DNA of 64,000 nucleotides from an uncultured Clostridia bacterium (GCA_964468725.1 CAYXVU010000003.1:3681-67680); one strand, 5' to 3'. Shown: positions 19,212-28,754, numbered from the stretch's first letter. A program made the numbers and translations. The notes: generated by a model from the sequence alone, not told the origin.

Positions 19212-19862
19212 ATGAACGCGCAGGTGTTACAAGAACTACAGACGCGCAGGCTGTTGCGGGAAGCGACCGAGTGGCGGTTGCTGAGTTTGCTATTTGAATG
19301 TCCGACCGGAGGCTGGCGCGACAAGATCAGGGGGCTGGCCGCAGAGGTAACGGATGAAGATTTGAAGGCCGCAGTCGTAGCCGCTACAGTAGAAGCGAGC
19401 GAGGGGCTTTATCATTCGCTCTTTGGCCCCGGCGGCCCGGCTCCGGCGCGCGAAATCAGCCATCGGGCTTTGATTCAACCAGGCTATCTGATGGCTGAAT
19501 TGAGGAGTTACTACGACGCTTTCTCTTATCATGCCAATGCGGCGGAGGCGGTCGATCATGTGGCGGTAGAAGCCGGATTCCTCGCTTATCTGCGGTTGAA
19601 GGAAGCTTACGCAGCGGATTGTGGCGATGCCGAGAAGGCCGAATTGACGGCGGCGGCAGCACAGAGCTTTATGCGAGAGCACTTGGCTTTCGTTGCCGAA
19701 CCGCTCGCTGCTGCGCTTCAGCATTCTGGGGTGGGTTATCTGGCATTGGCCGGGCAGGCTTTGCTGCATCGCGCCGGTTCTGCCAAGCGCACAGCGCAAG
19801 GGCAACCGCTGCCCATCTTGTCTGAAGATGATGATTGTATGTTCGCCTGCGGAGAGTCGTAA
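19212..19862 (+). CDS. TorD/NarJ-family redox-enzyme maturation chaperone
   Basis: ~216 aa. The conserved TorD-like stretch EAVDHVAVEAGFLAYL resembles E-P-D-H-x-x-x-E-L-x-F. It occupies the last position of the operon, as chaperones do in nar/ddh/ser clusters. Confidence 0.6.
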   Translation: MNAQVLQELQTRRLLREATEWRLLSLLFECPTGGWRDKIRGLAAEVTDEDLKAAVVAATVEASEGLYHSLFGPGGPAPAREISHRALIQPGYLMAELRSYYDAFSYHANAAEAVDHVAVEAGFLAYLRLKEAYAADCGDAEKAELTAAAAQSFMREHLAFVAEPLAAALQHSGVGYLALAGQALLHRAGSAKRTAQGQPLPILSEDDDCMFACGES

Positions 19863-20101
19863 CTTGTGCGCACGATTGGCAACCTGTGGCGCAAATGAGA
19901 GTTGGAACGGATGGCCTTCGATTGAGGGAAATTCCTCAACTCCGATGGGCGAAAAGCCCAAATTGGCAGGCCAAATCGAGAGCTTCATTTGCAAATCCTG
20001 TGCATTCGGCGAGGCACATGATTTGCCCTTTCAGCCGATGTTGTCTGTTTGACAACTAACTGATTTGGCTCTCTGCAAGGATGTGAACTGAGGAGTTTCT
20101 G

Positions 20102-21655
20102 GTGATGAAGAACAACGCAACTGCGCGAATGAGGCTGAAAAAGTATTTCGTATGGGTTGCTCTGATCGCTCTGACGCTAACGGGTTGGGTGAATCGGGTG
20201 ATGGCGCAGCAGCCTGCAACCGCGAGCAGCACAGCAAAACCGGCGACGCAATCGCCCGCGCCCATCAAGATCGGCGATCTAACCTTTTCCGGCAGCCTGC
20301 GCCTGCGCGCCGAGAATTGGAATTGGTTTGAAACCGCTGCCGCCGATCACGATTACACCTTCGGAGCCGCCGTGTTGCGGTTGAGCCTCGCTCAACAAAC
20401 CGAGCGGCTCGATTGGCAAGTCGAAGGCATGTTTCCGGCGCTTATCAATCTGCCGGAGAAGGCCATTGCCCCCGCGCCGCAAGGGCAACTGGGACTCGGA
20501 GCCAGCTACTTTGCTGCCAACGGACAGCAGGATGCGAGCGCTATATTGAGACAGGCCTTCGTGCGCTTCAAAGGGCTGGGCGGCGATCAAGCGAGCAGTC
20601 TGCGAATCGGGCGATTCGAATTTGTCGAAGGCGCAGAGACTACACCTGCCGACGCAACGCTGGCAACCCTCAAACGCGATCATCTGGCGCATCGTCTGAT
20701 CGGCACTTTTGGCTTTTCGCATGTCGGGCGCAGTTTTGACGGCGTGCAGTATGCGCGGAATACCAAGACCTCCAATGTAACGGTAGTCGCGGCGCGACCA
20801 ACCGAAGGGGTCTTTCAATTGCGCAGCCTCTACGAACTGGATGTGGACTTCTATTACGGAGCCTATACCCGACCCTTTGCGACGAAGAATACGAAGAGCG
20901 ACGTGCGCGCTTTCGCCTTGCACTATCATGATGGCCGTCCGGCGCTGAAGACCGACAATCGCCCTTTGTTGGCGCGCCAAGCCGATGGCGAGAACCTGCG
21001 ATTGACCACCATCGGCGGACATTCGATTACGGCCATGAAAGCAGGAAGCGGAACCGCCGATCTGCTAGTTTGGGGAGTCGGACAATTCGGCAGTTGGGGC
21101 AGGCTCGATCATCGCGCCGGAGCCATCGCTGTAGAGGCAGGTTATCAACCGGGCGGCGCGCTTGCCGCCAAACTCAAACCCTGGATACGGGGCGGCTACT
21201 TCCGCAGCACCGGAGACGGCAATCCCGGCGATGATGCGCACACCACCTTTTTTCAAGTGCTGCCAACGCCGCGCATCTACGCGCGCTTTCCCTTTTACAA
21301 CCTCATGAATAATGAAGATGTGTTCGCGCAACTGCGGCTGAAACCGCATGCGCGGTTGGCGCTGCGCGGTGACGTTCGTCATCTGCGCTTGAGCAATGAA
21401 AATGATCTTTGGTATGTGGGCGGCGGCGCGTTTCAGAAAAATTCCTTCGGATACATTGGGCGACCGAGCGGCGGGAAAAAGAGTATGGGGACGCTCTTTG
21501 ATGTGAGCCTGGATTACACGGTGGCGTCACGCACGGCGTTGACCTTTTATGTGGGAGGAGTGCGCGGCGGCGGCGTGCCTGCCGCCATTTATCCGCAAGG
21601 CGGGAATAATCCGGCAGCCCATTTTCTCTACTTCGAATTCACCCAGCGATTTTAG
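20102..21655 (+). CDS. Outer-membrane beta-barrel protein (putative porin) with signal peptide
   Basis: N-terminal signal (ALIALTLTGWVNRVMAQQ). Alternating amphipathic beta strands. C-terminal aromatic-terminal motif ...YFEFTQRF. Confidence 0.5.
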   Translation: MMKNNATARMRLKKYFVWVALIALTLTGWVNRVMAQQPATASSTAKPATQSPAPIKIGDLTFSGSLRLRAENWNWFETAAADHDYTFGAAVLRLSLAQQTERLDWQVEGMFPALINLPEKAIAPAPQGQLGLGASYFAANGQQDASAILRQAFVRFKGLGGDQASSLRIGRFEFVEGAETTPADATLATLKRDHLAHRLIGTFGFSHVGRSFDGVQYARNTKTSNVTVVAARPTEGVFQLRSLYELDVDFYYGAYTRPFATKNTKSDVRAFALHYHDGRPALKTDNRPLLARQADGENLRLTTIGGHSITAMKAGSGTADLLVWGVGQFGSWGRLDHRAGAIAVEAGYQPGGALAAKLKPWIRGGYFRSTGDGNPGDDAHTTFFQVLPTPRIYARFPFYNLMNNEDVFAQLRLKPHARLALRGDVRHLRLSNENDLWYVGGGAFQKNSFGYIGRPSGGKKSMGTLFDVSLDYTVASRTALTFYVGGVRGGGVPAAIYPQGGNNPAAHFLYFEFTQRF

Positions 21656-21722
21656 TGAGAGCGGATTCTTCCCTCACGCTAGGGTGTGAACCGTGCCCGT
21701 CCGCAGTGGTAGATAGAAGGAG

Positions 21723-22475
21723 GTGGTTATGATGATTGATAGCGCAGAGACCGTCGGCCAATTGGCGGTTATGATTCCCGGGGCGACGCAAATTTTCGAA
21801 CAACTACAGATTGACTATTGCTGTAAGGGGAATCAGACGCTATTGGAAGCTTGCACGACGGCAAACATTCCGATTGCGTTGGTGATCGTCTCTCTGCAAC
21901 AGGCAGAGGCTGCGGGACAAGCTGCCGAAGCCGCGCCGCAAAGCTGGCAGCACGCTACCCTTACCGAGTTGATCGCTCATATTCTGGAGACCCATCACGT
22001 CTACACGCGCGCGGAGTTGGAGCGACTGGAATCTTTGCTTGCCAAAGTCGTTTCCGTGCATGAAAAGAATCACCCCGAGTTGGCGGCGTTGCAGAAGAGC
22101 TTCTTTGTCTTAAAGCAAGACTTGCTGCCGCATATGTATAAAGAAGAGCAAGTGTTGTTTCCGTACCTGATGGAGATGGAAGCCTTGATCGCCCGACAAC
22201 AGAGCGTGCCGCGTCCGTTCTTCGGCTCGGCGCAGAATCCCATTCGGATGATGATGCTGGAGCACGATGCGGCGGGCGAGGCGCTGCGCGAGATGCGCGC
22301 CTTGACGCAGGATTACCGACTGCCTGCGGATGCCTGTCCGAGCTATCACAATCTCTACAGCGGTCTGGCGGCATTCGAAGCCGACTTGCACCGGCACATT
22401 CACTTGGAGAACAACCTGCTCTTTCCTCGCGCTTTGGCGATAGAGAGCCGAGCCGCGAGCGCGACCGTCGCTTGA
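21723..22475 (+). CDS. ytfE: Iron-sulfur cluster repair di-iron protein (YtfE/ScdA/RIC family)
   Basis: ScdA N-terminal motif QIDYCCKG. The C-terminal region has the His/Glu-rich hemerythrin-like di-iron domain (HHVYTRAELE...; HIHLENN). Confidence 0.75.
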   Translation: MVMMIDSAETVGQLAVMIPGATQIFEQLQIDYCCKGNQTLLEACTTANIPIALVIVSLQQAEAAGQAAEAAPQSWQHATLTELIAHILETHHVYTRAELERLESLLAKVVSVHEKNHPELAALQKSFFVLKQDLLPHMYKEEQVLFPYLMEMEALIARQQSVPRPFFGSAQNPIRMMMLEHDAAGEALREMRALTQDYRLPADACPSYHNLYSGLAAFEADLHRHIHLENNLLFPRALAIESRAASATVA

Positions 22476-22476
22476 G

Positions 22477-23295
22477 ATGAAGAGCAAACCGCCCATTCCA
22501 AAAGAACACGGCGCGTGGGCGATGCTCTACGCGCCGCTGGTCATGGCAGCATTGTCATTCGGCAGGTTCGACCTGCGCGGTATCCTCTTCTTCGTCGCCG
22601 TGACCGGCGTCTTTTTGGCGCACGAACCGTTTGCCGCTCTAGCCAGACTCCGACCTTCGCAACCGAACGGCCTGCAACGCCGAAGTCAGGCGCGCGTGTG
22701 GTTAGCGATTTACGCCCTCATTGCCGTTGCCGCAACGCTGCCGTTGTTGTTGACGTATGATCGCTGGTTGTTGCTGCCTTTCGGGGCTGTCTTGCTGGTG
22801 TTGCTGCTCTTACATATTTGGATGGCGGCCAAACGCGCCGAACGCAAAGTGGTAGGGGAACTGCTCGGCGTCATCAGCCTGACGATGACCGCGCCCGGAG
22901 CCTACTATGTCATCGCCGGACGATTTGACGAGATGAGTTTATTGATTTGGGTTTTGAACCTGCTCTATTTCGCAAGCGCCGTCTTTTACGTAAAGATGAG
23001 AGTCAGCCGTTATGCACAAAAGCCGGATGCCGGGTTGCGCACGTGGCAATGTGTGATCTATCACCTCGGCTTAGGCGCGCTCGTCTTTTTGGCTCTTCGA
23101 TGGGAGTTAGTTTCGAGCCTTCTGCTGTTGGCCTACTTTCCCATCATGATTCGCGCCTTTGCAGGGCTGCGCCCGCAGGGGCAACGATTGAACCTCAAAC
23201 GCATCGGCGTTGCCGAACTCGGTTACACGGTCGTCTTCATCATCTTCGCTGTTTGGGGTATCTACCTCCACTCTCCGCTGCCATCTCCATCTTGA
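22477..23295 (+). CDS. Polytopic membrane protein of unknown function (possibly YwiC-like)
   Basis: 272 aa with ~7 predicted TM helices and a conserved-looking N-terminus EHGAWAMLYAPL. It starts 2 nt after ytfE. The family assignment is uncertain. Confidence 0.4.
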   Translation: MKSKPPIPKEHGAWAMLYAPLVMAALSFGRFDLRGILFFVAVTGVFLAHEPFAALARLRPSQPNGLQRRSQARVWLAIYALIAVAATLPLLLTYDRWLLLPFGAVLLVLLLLHIWMAAKRAERKVVGELLGVISLTMTAPGAYYVIAGRFDEMSLLIWVLNLLYFASAVFYVKMRVSRYAQKPDAGLRTWQCVIYHLGLGALVFLALRWELVSSLLLLAYFPIMIRAFAGLRPQGQRLNLKRIGVAELGYTVVFIIFAVWGIYLHSPLPSPS

Positions 23296-23355
23296 GTCTC
23301 CGCCTGTCTTTCGCCTGATTGAAGGTGTGATCGGGGACTCGCAACCTGACAAGTA

Positions 23356-23664
23356 ATGGTCGCACTCTTGACGGTAGCAGGCCTGAGTCTCTGCGGCGTA
23401 ATTCCGCTCGATCCATCAGTAGCGGCGGCGCAATCACTCATCGCTGTGCGCGGCGCGATTGTTCACACGGCGGCGGGTTTGCCCATCGCAAATGCGACGA
23501 TCATCGTGCGCGTGGGTAAGCTTGTTGCGGTCGGGCAAAACTTTGCTGTGCCCGCTGGCGCGCAAGTTTTTGAGGTTGCCGGGAAGACAATCGTCCGGGA
23601 CTGCTTGATGAGCCTTCGCACAGCGGCGCAAATCCCACAGATATCAATGATCCCTCTGGCGTAA
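23356..23664 (+). pseudogene. Remnant N-terminal fragment (~80 aa) of a secreted amidohydrolase, truncated
   Basis: Signal-like N-terminus, then IAVRGAIVHTAAGLPIANATIIVRVGKLVAVGQNFAVPAGAQVFEVAGKTIV. This is a typical amidohydrolase N-terminal beta-sandwich signature and is paralogous to the start of the 59520..61229 gene. The metal-binding HxH core is absent, and the fragment sits in an otherwise non-coding 513-nt gap. Confidence 0.35.
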
Positions 23665-23808
23665 CGGGTCGGTGCATCGGTCAAACCGGCTGAACTCGCT
23701 GGCTGGGACAGATGGTTCCGGCTTCATCCTTGCCGCAGCAAGTGGTAAGATGGGCGCTCGTGCGGGAGTCTCTTCTCTGACCGAAACCAACAACCGGAAA
23801 GGCCGACT

Positions 23809-25086
23809 ATGAATAGACGACATCAAATCGCTGCTCTGATCCTGGCTGTGGCCAGTCTGCTGGGGTTCGTTTCATGCGCCCCTCCGCAGGGTTCCGACAC
23901 GCCGTTGACCAAAGCGAACTTCGAACAATCCTTTCAAGAGGCTTTGATCAAAGCCAAACCGGGCAGCGTGATTGAATTGCCGGAAGGTACATTCAAATTC
24001 GATAAGACGCTCTCGCTTTCGGTCAATAACGTCACGCTGCGCGGCAAAGGGATGGACAAAACGATTCTTTCGTTTGCCGGACAACAGGCAGGGTCTGCGG
24101 GGATGCTGGTCAAAGCCAACGATTTCGTCATCGAAGACTTGGCATTGGAAGATTCGGCGGGCGATGCCCTCAAAGTGGACGGCGGCACTAATATCACGAT
24201 TCGCCGCGTTCGCGTCGAATGGACGGGCGGCCCGAATGTCAGCAATGGCCCTTATGGCATTTATCCCGTCACCTGTAAGAATGTGTTGGTCGAAGAGTCG
24301 GTCGCCATCGGCGCCTCTGATGCGGGCATCTACATCGGACAGTCCGAACAGGTCATCATTCGCCGCAATCGCGCCGAGCAAAATGTCGCTGCCATCGAGA
24401 TTGAAAATACCAAGCACGCCGATGTCTACGAAAATACCGTGACCAGTAACACTGGCGGCATACTGGTCTTCAACCTTCCCGATCTGCCGGTGCAAGGGGG
24501 CGGCTTCGTGCGCGTCTTTAACAACAAAGTGATGGCCAACAACACGCCGAACTTTGCCCCCAAAGGGCAGACCGTTTACAACCTCGCCACCGGCACGGGG
24601 ATGTTGATTATGGCGGTCAAAAACGTTGAAGTCTTTGGCAATGTCATCAAAGACCACAATACGACCAACATCAATGTGGTCAGCTACCTGTCGGCGGCGA
24701 GCGCCAGCGAAATCAAGAATCCCAACTTCAATCCCTATGTCGCCTCGGTCTACCTTCATGACAATGAAATCTCCGGCAGCGGCAAAGAACCCGATAGCCG
24801 TTTGGAAAAATGGCAAGCCTTAGCGCAAGCCACCGGCAAACCGCTGCCCGATATTATTTACGATGGCATCCTTGAGCCGGTGAACAACAAACCGGGCACG
24901 GTAGCGGATGCAAAAATCTGCATTGAGAAGAATGGCAGCGCGACCTTCATGAATTTTGACGGGGCGGGCGGCTTCAAAAATATCAGCCGCGATTTGAGCC
25001 AGCATAAATGTTCGATTCCGTCGCCCGAAGCCATCACCTTGCCGCAGACCAACGGCACGAGGGCGAAAGCCGGAGGCAGTCTGTAA
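23809..25086 (+). CDS. Parallel beta-helix repeat lipoprotein (pectate-lyase/NosD-like fold)
   Basis: Lipobox LGFVSC. It has repeated beta-helix coils (NITIRRVRVEW..., NVLVEESVAIGASDAGIYIGQSEQVIIRRNRAE..., ADVYENTVTSNTGGILVF). It overlaps the next gene by TAATG. Confidence 0.65.
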   Translation: MNRRHQIAALILAVASLLGFVSCAPPQGSDTPLTKANFEQSFQEALIKAKPGSVIELPEGTFKFDKTLSLSVNNVTLRGKGMDKTILSFAGQQAGSAGMLVKANDFVIEDLALEDSAGDALKVDGGTNITIRRVRVEWTGGPNVSNGPYGIYPVTCKNVLVEESVAIGASDAGIYIGQSEQVIIRRNRAEQNVAAIEIENTKHADVYENTVTSNTGGILVFNLPDLPVQGGGFVRVFNNKVMANNTPNFAPKGQTVYNLATGTGMLIMAVKNVEVFGNVIKDHNTTNINVVSYLSAASASEIKNPNFNPYVASVYLHDNEISGSGKEPDSRLEKWQALAQATGKPLPDIIYDGILEPVNNKPGTVADAKICIEKNGSATFMNFDGAGGFKNISRDLSQHKCSIPSPEAITLPQTNGTRAKAGGSL

Positions 25087-26147
25087 TGCGTCAGTCGGTT
25101 TGCGCGGCGTTGATCTTGCTCGCTCTCGGTTGTTTTGCCAGTTGTGGGCGAGGCAGCGGCGTGCAGTCTTATTTGGAAGAGCCTTTTCCGAAACGGCTTT
25201 CGGACTGGCAGTTGTTCGTCAAAGGCGCGACGCCGCTGGTTCCCAATCAGCGCGTCGTGCCTTATGACCTGAACACGCCGCTGTTTTCCGATTATGCCAG
25301 CAAGTATCGCTTTGTGTGGATGCCGGAAGGGACGGCGGCGACCTATCACGAAGAGGAAGCCTTTGCCTTTCCGGTCGGCGCGATTCTTTCAAAGACTTTC
25401 GCCTATCCGGCAACGGATAGTTCGTCGGGCGAGCGCTTGATCGAAACGCGCTTGTTGGTGAATACCGAAAGCGGATGGGTATCGCTGCCTTATGTCTGGA
25501 ATGCTGAACAGACCGATGCGATACTGCAAATTGCAGGCAGTACAGCGCACATTGGCATGACGGATGCTAGCGGACAGGTGCAAACGATTCGTTACAACAT
25601 TCCCAATACCAATGAGTGCGCGCAGTGCCACGATCTCTCAAAGACGCTATTGCCGGTCGGAACCAAAGCGCGGCAACTCAATCGTGACTTTGCCTACCCG
25701 GACGGCACGGCCAATCAACTGGATTACTGGACGAAGATCGGCTATTTGACAGGCGCGCCGCCCTCCTCTGCCGCTCCGAAGTTGGCCGTGTGGAATGACT
25801 CGCAGAGCGCTTCAATGGAGGCGCGCGCACGCGCCTATCTGGATGGCAACTGCGCCCACTGTCACCGCGCCAACGGTTCGGCGGGCTATACGGCGTTTTT
25901 GCTCGATTGGAAAGAGACAGACCCGCGCCGGTTGGGGTATTGTAAGAGTCCGAACTCTGCGGGTTTCTCCGGCAATCTGGCTTTTGACGTTGTGCCGGGA
26001 AAACCGGATGAGTCCATTTTGATCTATCGTATGCAATCCACACGCGCCAAAGAGATGATGCCGGAGATTGGGCGCAGCACCATTCACCAGGAAGGCTTGG
26101 CCTTGATTCGAGAATGGGTCGCTTCGCTCAAGGGCAAATGTGAATGA
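25086..26147 (+). CDS. Dihaem c-type cytochrome lipoprotein, partner of the beta-helix protein
   Basis: Lipobox LALGCFASC. Two CxxCH motifs (CAQCH, CAHCH). Translationally coupled to 23809..25086. Confidence 0.65.
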   Translation: MRQSVCAALILLALGCFASCGRGSGVQSYLEEPFPKRLSDWQLFVKGATPLVPNQRVVPYDLNTPLFSDYASKYRFVWMPEGTAATYHEEEAFAFPVGAILSKTFAYPATDSSSGERLIETRLLVNTESGWVSLPYVWNAEQTDAILQIAGSTAHIGMTDASGQVQTIRYNIPNTNECAQCHDLSKTLLPVGTKARQLNRDFAYPDGTANQLDYWTKIGYLTGAPPSSAAPKLAVWNDSQSASMEARARAYLDGNCAHCHRANGSAGYTAFLLDWKETDPRRLGYCKSPNSAGFSGNLAFDVVPGKPDESILIYRMQSTRAKEMMPEIGRSTIHQEGLALIREWVASLKGKCE

Positions 26148-26498
26148 GCGCGCCGTCTCTGATTCGTTGATTTCTGTGCCCATAAGAGTTCTGCGACTGG
26201 CTGAGGGGCAGTCGGCGATCATCCTCACCGTCTTTGAAAGACCCAGCGGTTGCTTGCCGCTTGGCTGATGCTGCTGTCTTGCGACTGGGTTGCAAGACAG
26301 CGATTGGCAGTCATTCGAAAGGGTGTCAACTTTCCGCAACTCCGCAGCTTGGATTTCGTGATTTTGTCCGAGTCGTCCAACAGAGATGCAATTCTTCGGA
26401 CAGCGGAGCCATTGCCGTTTGAAATCTAAGCATCTGTTAGGTTGTAACTGTATTGACAGCAGCCGTGCCGGTCACCGCCGGTCGGAGGAGGAGAGGCT

Positions 26499-28754
26499 AT
26501 GGGAAGAAAAGTCATGAGTCTTTTCTTATGCGCGATGCTGAATTTTGTGACCTTTGCGCAAGAGCAAAAACCACAATCGGCTGACGAAAAACCTATTCGC
26601 ATCACTGCTGAGTTGGTGCAATTGGATGTCGTCGTCACCGACAAAAACGGGCAAGTAGTCAAGGGGCTGACCAAAGATGATTTCGAGGTCTTTGATAACG
26701 GCAAGAAGCAAAGCGTCAGTTTCTTTGAGTTCGTTGATTTAGTTGGCGGCAACAAGGCGGCGGATAAAGCGGCCCCTCAACCCGCAACTCCGGATAAAGA
26801 CCCTGACAATTTGACCGAAGCCGACACGAAACGGGTGATGGCTTTTTTGGTGGATGATTTGACCATTCGCACCGAAGACATGACTTTTGTGCGCGAGATG
26901 ATGGCGCGATTTGTTCGTGATCGCATGGGCGAGAATGATCTGGTCGCCATCATTCGCGTCGTCGGCGGGAAAGGGTTGCTGCAACAGTTCACCAATGATA
27001 AGCGGTTGCTGACCAAAGCCATTGAGTCACTGACGCCATCTTTGCACTTTGCCAGCCGCGCATCAGCAAGTGCCGAAACGGCAGACCTCGGCGGCAGACC
27101 TGCGGAACTCAACGCGCTTACGTCCTCCACCTTGCGTGGGACGGCTGCGGGTGGCGCTGCTGCCGGTGCGGAGGGCGAAGGGGAAGAGGCGGATTTGACG
27201 GCGATTGCCGATCAGATCGAACAGAATCAGGAACTCGGTAAAGATGTGATGGATGAGGCGCGATTGATAATGCGCGCTACGATGCTGTTTGGCTCGGCGG
27301 ACTACTGGGTGGATAGCATGAAAGAGTTGCCGGGGCGTAAATCGCTGGTCTTGATTTCGGGCGGCATTCCCTCTGTAGCCAATACAACGAATTTTGCTGC
27401 CACCGGCATTGATATTCCGGGCTTCATTGATAACCTGACTGACCGCGCGACGCGCGCTGGCGTCGCCATTCATACGATGGATGTTCGCGGACTTTCGGCC
27501 AATAGTGGTGTCGCCTCCTTCGCCGAAACGCCGGGAAAGAGCGCTCTGCCGACGACGATTGGCGAGTTGGCGCGGTCGGGCAGTTCGCGCTCCGCTGGAA
27601 CCGGATTCGGACGCGTGCCGGATGAACGATTATTGGGGACTGACACGCTGGAAGATCGTATGGGACTGCGACAACTGGCGTCGGCGACCGGCGGCATTGC
27701 GGTCTTTGATAAGAACAATTTTGGCGATGGATTGAACAAAATCATCGAAGCCAACCAATCCTACTATCTGCTTGCCTATCAGCCGATTGATACGAAATTC
27801 GATGGCAAGTTTCATAAGCTTGAAGTCAAAGTCAAACGCCCCGGTATGAAGGTCTATGACAAGCGCGGGTATTTTGCTCGCAAAGAGGCGGCGAATGAAA
27901 CTGCCCTGACCAAACAACAGCAAATTCTGGCGGCGATCAAATCACCGCTCGCCAAACGCGCCGTCAATGTCAACGCGCTGCTGACCTACCGCGCCGCCCC
28001 GCTGCCGAAAGCCGAAGGAAAAGACAAAGTCGCGCTTCACGGCGCGGTTGATATTCATATGTTGATTGACCCGAAGAACCTAAAGTTTGAAGCCGCGGGC
28101 GACAAGCAGCAAGTGACCTACGACGTGGCGGGCTTCGTCTTTGATGAGGTCGGGAAGATGCGCGGCGGTTTCAGCGAAACAGTTACCGTCAGTCTCGACC
28201 AAGAAGAGTATGAACGCGCGCGCGTCGAAGGTCTGAATTATACGGCGGACACGGTTTTGCCGCCGGGGGCGTATCAAGTGCGGCTTGCGGTGCGCGACAA
28301 TCGCAGTGGGGCCGTCGGCACAGTGCAAAAGTATGTCGAGATACCGAACCTCTCTGATGGCCGGTTGACTAGTAGCCATTTGTTGATTGTCGGAGCGCCG
28401 CCCAACAACACCGCATCAACAGAGACGACGGTCATCGGGGGCAATCGCCGCGTTGCCAGCAAGCTGGATTTACGCTACCTGATGATGCTCTACAACGTGA
28501 AGTTGAAAGACGGGAAGTCACAGGCCAAAGGGCAGATGGTCATCTCGCAAAACGGCAAAGAGTTGTACCGCGAAACCGATGCCGACTTGCAACAGATGGG
28601 TAACAATTCGACGACCTTCTTGAAGATGGGGCAGATCGGTTTATCGCGCGTCAAACCCGGACGCTATACGATCACCATCACCCTGACCGACCCGCTGGCC
28701 GACAAACGGTTGCAGTCCATCACCCGCAGCACCGATTTCATCGTTGTGAAGTGA
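26499..28754 (+). CDS. Secreted VWFA-related acidobacterial-domain protein (von Willebrand A-like)
   Basis: Signal peptide. The family-typical N-terminus is IRITAELVQLDVVVTDKNGQVVKGLTKDDFEVFDNGKKQ. A VWA-like middle region follows. RBS GGAGGAGGAG precedes the start. Confidence 0.65.
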   Translation: MGRKVMSLFLCAMLNFVTFAQEQKPQSADEKPIRITAELVQLDVVVTDKNGQVVKGLTKDDFEVFDNGKKQSVSFFEFVDLVGGNKAADKAAPQPATPDKDPDNLTEADTKRVMAFLVDDLTIRTEDMTFVREMMARFVRDRMGENDLVAIIRVVGGKGLLQQFTNDKRLLTKAIESLTPSLHFASRASASAETADLGGRPAELNALTSSTLRGTAAGGAAAGAEGEGEEADLTAIADQIEQNQELGKDVMDEARLIMRATMLFGSADYWVDSMKELPGRKSLVLISGGIPSVANTTNFAATGIDIPGFIDNLTDRATRAGVAIHTMDVRGLSANSGVASFAETPGKSALPTTIGELARSGSSRSAGTGFGRVPDERLLGTDTLEDRMGLRQLASATGGIAVFDKNNFGDGLNKIIEANQSYYLLAYQPIDTKFDGKFHKLEVKVKRPGMKVYDKRGYFARKEAANETALTKQQQILAAIKSPLAKRAVNVNALLTYRAAPLPKAEGKDKVALHGAVDIHMLIDPKNLKFEAAGDKQQVTYDVAGFVFDEVGKMRGGFSETVTVSLDQEEYERARVEGLNYTADTVLPPGAYQVRLAVRDNRSGAVGTVQKYVEIPNLSDGRLTSSHLLIVGAPPNNTASTETTVIGGNRRVASKLDLRYLMMLYNVKLKDGKSQAKGQMVISQNGKELYRETDADLQQMGNNSTTFLKMGQIGLSRVKPGRYTITITLTDPLADKRLQSITRSTDFIVVK

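Noticed and set aside
23872-24816. 314-aa ORF antisense to the beta-helix lipoprotein gene
   Set aside because: The sense strand has a lipobox, repeat structure and translational coupling. The antisense ORF has none.
23809-25086. Possibility that the beta-helix protein is NosD of a nitrous-oxide reductase cluster
   Set aside because: No nosZ, nosF, nosY or nosL lies nearby. The partner is a dihaem cytochrome, so the NosD call is not justified.
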